Shown piece after piece: positions 1 through 5,377 of a stretch of 5,412 bases of DNA. The translations under genes were made by a program, and so were the position numbers. Position 1 is the first letter of the stretch; every line of letters begins with the position of its first letter. Location: contig NZ_JAYKGW010000191.1 of the NCBI RefSeq assembly GCF_035285525.1, positions 1 to 5,412 of the forward strand, in the 5' to 3' direction. The stretch is from Okeania sp. GTDB lineage: Bacteria; Cyanobacteriota; Cyanobacteriia; Cyanobacteriales; Microcoleaceae. The notes beneath the pieces were generated by a model that had not been told where the DNA came from, ran no database searches, and saw only the letters and a program-made list of their open reading frames with translations.

Positions 1-35
1 CAGGATTTATTTTAAAGATGAGTAAAATTTGGTAA
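1..35 (+). CDS. 3' end (10 codons plus TAA) of an upstream Uma2-family (DUF820) putative endonuclease gene, cut by the window edge
   Basis: Codons from nt 3 read GFILKMSKIW* (TAA 33-35). nt 1-38 match nt 559-596 with 3 mismatches by eye; that segment is the 3' end of the Uma2-like copy downstream (PGLVLNMSKIW*). The following spacer also matches (ttttaccaatg before each ATG). Confidence 0.45.
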   Translation, partial: GFILKMSKIW

Positions 36-76
36 ATAGGAGACAAAATATACTGGAAGAAACAATAATTTTACCA

Positions 77-593
77 ATGTCTCTAAGCTTAAAAATGACA
101 GAGGAACAATTTTTTAAATTCTGTCAAGTTAATCAAGATTTATGGATAGAAACTAATAAATTTGGAGAATTATTAATTATGTCTCCTGCTAGTTCCTAAA
201 TAGGAAATAGAGATGGCAGGAGTTTAGCTTTTAGTTCGAGTACAGAATTTACTCTTTCTACAGGAGCGAAAAAATCTCCCGATGCGCCTTAGATAAAATT
301 AGAAAGATGGAATAGTTTATCTCAAGAAGAAAAGGAAAAGTTTGCTCCAATTTGCCCAGATTTTGTAGTAGAATTAATGTCACCTTCTGATAGTCTAAAA
401 ACCTTACAGGAAAAAATGGAAGAATATATGGCAAAATCGGAAGTAAAATTAGGGAATGTTAATTGATATAAAGGAAAGAAAAGTTTATATTTATCGCCCT
501 GGAATGCCGAATGAATGTTTAGAAAATCCAGAGACTGTGAGTGGGGAAAAAGTATTGCCAGGACTTGTTTTAAATATGAGTAAAATTTGGTAA
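77..593 (+). pseudogene. Uma2-family (DUF820, PD-(D/E)xK-like putative restriction endonuclease) pseudogene
   Basis: From ATG 77 the translation is MSLSLKMTEEQFFKFCQVNQDLWIETNKFGELLIMSPASS*IGNRDGRSLAFSSSTEFTLSTGAKKSPDAP*IKLERWNSLSQEEKEKFAPICPDFVVELMSPSDSLKTLQEKMEEYMAKSEVKLG. A frame change near 452-460 leads into LIDIKERKVYIYRPGMPNECLENPETVSGEKVLPGLVLNMSKIW*. The motifs MSP..(G)NR, SPDA(S)WI and PDFVVE(L)SPS are typical of cyanobacterial Uma2 proteins. Lesions are an in-frame TAA at 197-199, an in-frame TAG at 290-292 (where family members have TGG/Trp), and a +1 frameshift near 455-459. It also looks about 15 codons short after GNR. Confidence 0.8.
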
Positions 594-644
594 ATAAGGA
601 GGAAAAATATAAATATGCTGGAATAAATAATAATAATTTTACCA

Positions 645-692
645 ATGCTTTCCAGCTTAAAGAGGAACAATTTCATAAATTTTATTGTATGA
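645..692 (+). pseudogene. 5' stub of a third Uma2-like copy
   Basis: nt 594-690 parallel nt 36-130: same spacer motif (aataattttaccaATG), then ATGctttccAGCTTAAAgAGGAACAATTTcatAAATT against ATGtctctaAGCTTAAAaatgacagAGGAACAATTTtttAAATT. A ~7-nt deletion shifts the frame and a TGA follows at 690-692. No recognisable Uma2 coding sequence follows. Confidence 0.45.
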
Positions 693-716
693 AAATTCAA
701 GGAAAATTAGTAGAAG

Positions 717-722
717 AAGGAG
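717..722 (+). promoter_or_regulatory. Shine-Dalgarno-like AAGGAG upstream of the TTG start of the DUF262 gene
   Basis: AAGGAG at 717-722 lies 10 nt before TTG 733. TAA at 730-732 closes the frame immediately upstream. There is no in-frame ATG, GTG or other TTG between 733 and the first conserved DUF262 motif, so TTG 733 is the only canonical start available. Confidence 0.45.
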
Positions 723-732
723 ATTTTTTTAA

Positions 733-2241
733 TTGAGTAATTTATTTTTACAAGCGGAATATTTTGAACGTATATTCAAAGAAAATCTAAAAATAGAGAC
801 TTATTCACAATCAATAGAAAGTCTATTTAGCGATCGCTTTTTAAGGCGTATTGATTATAAACCTTACTATCAAAGGAATTATGTTTGGGATGATGATAAA
901 GCTTCATATTTTATTGAAAGTATACTTCTAGGAACAGAAATACCTCCTTTAATATTCTTCAAGAATGGAGAACGAACAGAAGTTATTGATGGCAGGCAAA
1001 GATTTGAAACAATAGAAAGATTTAAGAATAGTAAATTTCAATTAACTAAAAAAGGTTTATTTGCTTTAAAACAACTCTCCAAAAATACATACAAAACCAT
1101 TTTTGATAATAAAGAAACTACTAGCATAATAGATTTGTTTTTAGAGGCAAAAATCAGAATAGTTGAATTTGCAATTGTTAATGAAACAAGGTTAAACTCT
1201 GTATTAGAAGATAAAATAAAAAAAGAAATATTTGCTAGATATAATTCTGGTATAACGCCTTTAAAGGCACCAGAAATTGACAATGCTGTTTATGATACCG
1301 ATCCAATTTATCAGTATTTTAAAAATCGTCTGAGGCAAGACCCAGATTTTGAACAATTAATGTATGATTTGTTCTTTAAGCCAAATAAGAATAGCACTAA
1401 AGAGAAAGATAGAGGAAAAATTTTACAATTTATTAGAAAAAATTTAGTCTTGAAAATGTTTCCGATTAAGTACTATTCTCGGAGTAATAATAGGACAGAA
1501 ACTTTAGGAAAATTATTTGAACATTTATCAGATAAAATTTCTGAACTAGAGGTAGAGCGACTATGTGAATCATTTATTGATAAAGTTAAAATTGTAGAAT
1601 CATTCAGGCAAATCTTTATAAGACTAAACTTAAAGCACAATAGGTTAATTTTTGAATGTTTATTATGGAGCCTACTAATCTTAGAAAATGAAAATGTGAA
1701 TTTATTGAAACTAAAACACAAGAGTTTACTAGATAAAATCAGTAAAAAAATATCAAATAACTTCCAAGAATATTTTGAAGAACAGACGATATTTTATAAG
1801 GCAATACAGGAGAGATATACTTTTACAGCGAAGTTATTTGAAGAAGAGTTTAAAATTAATTTAGAAGTCTATTATGCAGGAAGTGATGAAAAAAGAAAAG
1901 AACTGAGTAAACTACGACAAACAGATGATGAAGATACTATTACTAAACTTAACGAGCTTAAAGATTTAAGAGTAACTAAGCCAGAACCATCGCGAAATTC
2001 AATAGATGATATAACACGATTGATGGAACGTAAGAAATTTTTAGTTAGACCTTCTTATCAGAGATCGGAAGTAACTAATTTGTCTAAGGCATCCGCTATT
2101 ATAGAAAGTATTTTATTAGGTATTAATTTACCACCTATTTTTATCTTTAAACGTTCAGATGGAATTTCTGAAGTTATTGATGGTCAGCAAAGACTTTTAA
2201 CAATATTAGGATACCTGGGGAAAGAATATGTTGATGAATAA
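733..2241 (+). CDS. DUF262 (GmrS/ParB-like) domain protein: one complete DUF262 module, a helical region, and the N-terminal half of a second DUF262 module; ends at a premature-looking TAA
   Basis: Module A has YKPYYQRNYVW (approx nt 856-888), IESILLGTEIPPLIFF, VIDGRQR (DGRQR at 988-1002) and FARYNSGITPLKAPEIDNA (from nt 1231). Module B starts with VRPSYQRSEV, IESILLGINLPPIFIF and VIDGQQR (DGQQR at 2179-2193), 15 codons before the TAA at 2239-2241. These are the hallmark DUF262 motifs of GmrSD, BrxU and SspE-type proteins. Confidence 0.85.
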   Translation: MSNLFLQAEYFERIFKENLKIETYSQSIESLFSDRFLRRIDYKPYYQRNYVWDDDKASYFIESILLGTEIPPLIFFKNGERTEVIDGRQRFETIERFKNSKFQLTKKGLFALKQLSKNTYKTIFDNKETTSIIDLFLEAKIRIVEFAIVNETRLNSVLEDKIKKEIFARYNSGITPLKAPEIDNAVYDTDPIYQYFKNRLRQDPDFEQLMYDLFFKPNKNSTKEKDRGKILQFIRKNLVLKMFPIKYYSRSNNRTETLGKLFEHLSDKISELEVERLCESFIDKVKIVESFRQIFIRLNLKHNRLIFECLLWSLLILENENVNLLKLKHKSLLDKISKKISNNFQEYFEEQTIFYKAIQERYTFTAKLFEEEFKINLEVYYAGSDEKRKELSKLRQTDDEDTITKLNELKDLRVTKPEPSRNSIDDITRLMERKKFLVRPSYQRSEVTNLSKASAIIESILLGINLPPIFIFKRSDGISEVIDGQQRLLTILGYLGKEYVDE

Positions 2242-2475
2242 AATAAGAAATGTAGCACAAAAAAATCAAATTTTGCCCTGAAAAATTTACGGATTCTTAA
2301 GGAATTAAAAAATAAAAAATTCCAGGATTTAGAAGTTGCATTACAAGACAAAATATTAGATTTTCAATTATTTGTTGTTGAGATAGAAGAAAGTCTAAAT
2401 CTAGAATTTAATCCAGTAGACTTATTTGTTAGATTAAATAATAAGCCTTATCCTATTAAAGAAAATTCTTTTGAA

Positions 2476-3339
2476 ATGTGGAACTCTTGGGCTGAACGGG
2501 AAGTAATTACAAAAATTAAAGACAATGTTAATGAATATCGAGAATGGTTTCATCTAAAATTAGCCAAAGACCTTGACCGGATGGAAAATGAGGAATTATA
2601 TACATCTTTAGTATATTTTGAGTTTAAACAGCTTCAAGAACAAAACATAGAAAAAATTGTCAAAATATATAAACAAAATAATAGGATTAATGCCAGATTA
2701 GCGCCAATAAAAGGGGATATTAGTTCGGTATTGACAAAAGTTTCTGAACGTCAGGAAGATAAGGAACTATTTATGAATAGTATTATAAAGGTGGAAAAAT
2801 TTATCTCAAAAGTAAAATGTGTGTTGCTTGATGAAGATAAAGATAAAAATCACCTAGATATATATTTAAAAAATGAATTAGATTCTATCTATAAAGCTCG
2901 CAAGGAAAATCGTTATTTTAGAAGAACTAAACAAGATTTTTATATACTCTGGTATATACTAAATCCTCTGAATGATGAAATGCTAAGATATCATAGAAAA
3001 ACAATTAAAAAGGAACTAAAAAATTTATTCTATAAAATGAAAAATAGTGAAAATAGTAACTATGATGAACATAAATTTAAAAAAGAAATAGAAAAATTTC
3101 AAAATAAGTATAAGCAAGATAAAAGAAAGATAAAATTATCTGATTCAGAGAAGGAAATGTTAATCAAAAAACAAGGAAATAGATGCCCTATATCTGGAGA
3201 CCCTCTGTTTATGGGAGATGAAATAGAAGTAGATCATAAAAAACCATTAGCTATAGGAGGCTTAGATTCTATTGATAATTTACAAATTACTCATAAAAAC
3301 GCAAATAGGAGAAAAGGTACAAAATATAATAATTCTTAA
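2476..3339 (+). CDS. HNH endonuclease-domain protein as drawn from the first ATG; more likely the C-terminal part of the interrupted 733-3339 gene, with coding sense already present from 2242
   Basis: The C-terminus reads RCPISGDPLFMGDEIEVDHKKPLAIGGLDSIDNLQITHKNANRRKG (nt 3184-3318), an HNH/HNN His-Me finger (DH at 3232-3237, then N, then N). It is in the same frame as 733-2241. nt 2242-2475 are stop-free in that frame and encode the missing half of DUF262 module B (FALKNLRILKEL...DLFVRLNNKPYPIKENSFEMWNS). That stretch has no in-frame ATG, GTG or TTG. Confidence 0.8.
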   Translation: MWNSWAEREVITKIKDNVNEYREWFHLKLAKDLDRMENEELYTSLVYFEFKQLQEQNIEKIVKIYKQNNRINARLAPIKGDISSVLTKVSERQEDKELFMNSIIKVEKFISKVKCVLLDEDKDKNHLDIYLKNELDSIYKARKENRYFRRTKQDFYILWYILNPLNDEMLRYHRKTIKKELKNLFYKMKNSENSNYDEHKFKKEIEKFQNKYKQDKRKIKLSDSEKEMLIKKQGNRCPISGDPLFMGDEIEVDHKKPLAIGGLDSIDNLQITHKNANRRKGTKYNNS

Positions 3340-3344
3340 GTAGC

Positions 3345-3372
3345 TTGACGTGAATAAACGTCACTATATAAA
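3345..3372 (+). promoter_or_regulatory. sigma70-like promoter candidate (TTGACG, 16 nt, TATAAA) overlapping a 6-bp hairpin
   Basis: TTGACG is at 3345-3350 and TATAAA at 3367-3372, 16 nt apart. TGACGT (3346-3351) and ACGTCA (3358-3363) form an inverted repeat with a 6-nt loop. The hairpin could instead be a weak stem after the HNH gene stop at 3337-3339, but no T-tract follows it. Confidence 0.25.
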
Positions 3373-3700
3373 AAATGTTAAAGCAGTTAAAAGACTTGAA
3401 ATTGCTATCCTGACGGAATGCTGCGCAAACCTTCCACTCCGTTACACTCGCTGCGGACGTACTTGTAAATTTTTTTACCTATTGCCTCTCTCCACTAGGA
3501 AATTAATTCTGCATAACTACTTAGGGCTTGCTGATTAAAGATAAAAGCCTTTACAGATAAATCTTTTAGCGTTTTTAAGTAGGTCAAAAGTACCAGCTTT
3601 TAAGTCTTTAAAGCTAAAAAATCTAGGATATTCAGCTAATTATGGGAGAAAATCCAGGGATAATTCTTTGGACTACCTCTTCTGTAATTCTTATTCCTCC

Positions 3701-3723
3701 TGGATTCTGGATTCTGGATTCTG
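3701..3723. repeat. Heptanucleotide tandem repeat (TGGATTC)x3 plus a partial unit
   Basis: The direct reading is tggattc tggattc tggattc tg at 3701-3723. It is flanked by tcctcc on both sides (approx 3695-3700 and 3726-3731). Confidence 0.85.
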
Positions 3724-3772
3724 ACTCCTCCATCTACCATTCATACTTTTTCAGCAAACCCTACTTATAGTT

Positions 3773-3781
3773 TGTTATAAT
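3773..3781 (+). promoter_or_regulatory. Extended -10 element (TGtTATAAT) upstream of gor
   Basis: TG at 3773-3774, one nt, then TATAAT at 3776-3781, 42 nt before ATG 3824. A weak SD-like AAGGA lies at 3810-3814. I found no good -35 element. Confidence 0.3.
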
Positions 3782-3823
3782 TTTCTTAACAAAATCTTTA
3801 GAGCAGTTCAAGGATATTAAATT

Positions 3824-5167
3824 ATGGCATACGATTATGATTTATTTGTTATAGGTGCAGGTTCAGGAGGGTTAGCATCTTCAAAAAGAGCAGCATCTTA
3901 TGGAGCAAAAGTAGCGATCGCTGAAAATGATTTAGTTGGAGGAACCTGCGTCATTAGAGGATGTGTGCCTAAAAAATTGATGGTTTATGGTTCTAGATTT
4001 TCTCACTTTTATAAAGATGCGGTAGGTTATGGTTGGAGTGAAGTAGAACCAAGTTTTGATTTTCATAAATTATTAGATGCTGTCAATACAGAAGTTTTGC
4101 GGTTGAGTAAGCTACATATTAGTTTTCTAGAAAAAGCAGGGGTAGAATTAATAGAGGGATATGCTAAATTTATTGACAACCATACTGTAGAAGTAGGCGA
4201 TCGCCAAATTACAGCAGATAAAATTTTAATTGCTGTTGGTGGTAAACCAGAGAAAATAAATATTCCGGGAATTGAACATACTATTACTTCCCGTGAAATG
4301 TTCCACCTCAAGGAGCATCCCAAAAGAATGGCAGTTTGGGGAGGCGGTTATATCGGTGTCGAATTTGCTGGAATAATGAACGGACTTGGTACCGAAGTTA
4401 CTCAAATTATTCGCCGAGATTCAATTTTGCGGGGTTTTGATGCAGATATTTGTAGCAATATTCAGGAAGGAATGGTAAAACATGGCATTAATTTCCGCAC
4501 CAGAACTAATGTAGAAAAAATTGAGAAAGTACCAGAAGGATTAAAAGTTCACCTGAGTGGAGAAAACGCTGAACCTTTAATTGTCGATACATTCCTTTGT
4601 GCAACTGGTCGTAAACCAAACTTAGCAGGTTTAAATCTAGAAAATGCTGGTGTCGAAACAATCAATGGTGCAGTTGCCGTGAGTAATAACTGTCGCACAA
4701 CTCAACCAAATATTTATGCTGTCGGAGACTGTATAGATAAAGCAAATTTGACTCCAGTTGCTATTGCTCAAGGTCGCGCTTTTGCTGATACAGAATTTGG
4801 TAATATTCCTAGAGCTATTTCTCTAGAAAATATTCCAACTGCTATTTTCTCCAACCCAGAAGGAGGAACGGTAGGTTTGTCAGAAGCAGAAGCACGAGAA
4901 AAATTTGGTGACTCTGTTAAATGTTACCATGCCAAGTTTCGCCCCATGTACCACACCTTCACAGGTGCGGAAGAGAAAGTCATGGTGAAATTAGTGGTTG
5001 AAACTAATACTGACAAAGTTTTAGGAGTACATATAGTTGGTAAAGATGCTGGTGAGATTATTCAAGGAATGGCGATCGCTGTAAATATGGGAGCAACCAA
5101 AGCAGAGTTTGACCGAACCGTTGGTATTCATCCTTCTACTGCAGAAGAGTTTGTGACTTTACGTTAA
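3824..5167 (+). CDS. gor: Glutathione-disulfide reductase (FAD/NAD(P)H pyridine-nucleotide disulfide oxidoreductase, class I)
   Basis: 447 aa. The N-terminal FAD fold is YDYDLFVIGAGSGG. The redox-active disulfide is GGTCVIRGCVPKK (Cys codons at 3947 and 3962). The NADPH fold is VWGGGYIGVEFAG followed by RRDSILRGFD. The second FAD motif is IYAVGDC. The C-terminal His-Glu motif GIHPSTAEEFVTLR is diagnostic of glutathione reductases. Three HIP1 sites lie inside the gene. Confidence 0.93.
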   Translation: MAYDYDLFVIGAGSGGLASSKRAASYGAKVAIAENDLVGGTCVIRGCVPKKLMVYGSRFSHFYKDAVGYGWSEVEPSFDFHKLLDAVNTEVLRLSKLHISFLEKAGVELIEGYAKFIDNHTVEVGDRQITADKILIAVGGKPEKINIPGIEHTITSREMFHLKEHPKRMAVWGGGYIGVEFAGIMNGLGTEVTQIIRRDSILRGFDADICSNIQEGMVKHGINFRTRTNVEKIEKVPEGLKVHLSGENAEPLIVDTFLCATGRKPNLAGLNLENAGVETINGAVAVSNNCRTTQPNIYAVGDCIDKANLTPVAIAQGRAFADTEFGNIPRAISLENIPTAIFSNPEGGTVGLSEAEAREKFGDSVKCYHAKFRPMYHTFTGAEEKVMVKLVVETNTDKVLGVHIVGKDAGEIIQGMAIAVNMGATKAEFDRTVGIHPSTAEEFVTLR

Positions 5168-5173
5168 CTTAAG

Positions 5174-5218
5174 AAACCCGCCCCTACTGTTGATAAAAAA
5201 TGCTGTAGGGGCGGGTTT
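5174..5218 (+). terminator. Perfect 14-bp stem-loop 7 nt after the gor stop; likely terminator or mRNA-stabilising REP-like hairpin
   Basis: AAACCCGCCCCTAC (5174-5187) pairs with GTAGGGGCGGGTTT (5205-5218) around a 17-nt loop. The only U residues are the three closing the stem, so it is not a textbook intrinsic terminator. Confidence 0.55.
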
Positions 5219-5295
5219 GAACAGAGATTTATCTGCTGACTCTCAGATTTATGTAAACCCGCCATCATAGAAGGTGTTAGCTGTGTCTGTTTAAT

Positions 5296-5330
5296 GGTTT
5301 ATATCATATCATTGGGGGCGGGTTTATCTA
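5296..5330 (+). repeat. 35-nt direct repeat, copy 1 (ggtttatatcatatcattgggggcgggtttatcta)
   Basis: Identical by eye to 5378-5412, giving an 82-nt period. Confidence 0.85.
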
Positions 5331-5377
5331 AAAATTAGATGAGTTGTTAATTTAACTGAGAAACCCGCCCCTACTTA

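Noticed and set aside
322-700. Minus-strand ORFs 322-645 (107 aa) and 491-700 (69 aa)
   Set aside because: They lie antisense to a recognisable Uma2-family coding sequence. Their products are low-complexity and rich in Phe, Ile, Leu and Ser, as expected from reading AT-rich DNA backwards. No motifs and no RBS were seen.
689-736. 15-codon mini-ORF (MKIQGKLVEEGDFFN*) overlapping the TTG start at 733
   Set aside because: It is too short, has no RBS, and is probably residual sequence from the truncated Uma2 copy. A leader-peptide role cannot be supported from sequence alone.
1038-1721. Minus-strand ORFs 1038-1283 (81 aa) and 1473-1721 (82 aa)
   Set aside because: They are fully embedded antisense in the DUF262 coding frame, which has strong family motifs. 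The translations are low-complexity, so these are chance open frames.
2239-2241. Selenocysteine or pyrrolysine recoding, or a programmed frameshift, as the explanation for the internal stop
   Set aside because: The codon is TAA, not TGA or TAG. Upstream and downstream coding are in the same frame, so no frameshift is needed. I saw no obvious slippery heptamer or strong downstream structure. A simple nonsense substitution or base-call error is the most economical explanation.
700-3345. Mobile-element boundaries (terminal inverted repeats, target-site duplications, an integrase or transposase) around the DUF262-HNH gene
   Set aside because: I found no flanking inverted or direct repeats by eye and no recombinase gene in the window. 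Horizontal acquisition therefore rests only on composition and context.
3350-3538. 62-aa plus-strand ORF (GTG start) in the spacer after the HNH gene
   Set aside because: Its GTG start lies inside a hairpin and promoter-like element with no SD. The peptide is Cys/Arg/Leu-rich only because it crosses the GC-rich island. The region is better explained as non-coding (see the candidate sRNA/repeat finding).
3622-3642. Short stem agcttt/aaagct (6 bp, 9-nt loop; coordinates approximate) in the spacer
   Set aside because: The stem is weak and AT-rich. It is followed by an A-run on the plus strand and preceded by the T-run on the minus strand, so it does not resemble a terminator in either orientation.
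3642-3770. 42-codon ATG ORF (MGENPGIILWTTSSVILIPPGFWILDSDSS...) with a hydrophobic stretch
   Set aside because: No SD-like sequence lies upstream, and the ORF is partly encoded by the TGGATTC tandem repeat. It is too short to evaluate and is most likely fortuitous. Only ribosome profiling or conservation could rescue it.
4063-4323. Minus-strand ORF 4063-4323 (86 aa)
   Set aside because: It is antisense inside gor, whose plus-strand identity is unambiguous. No recognisable motifs.
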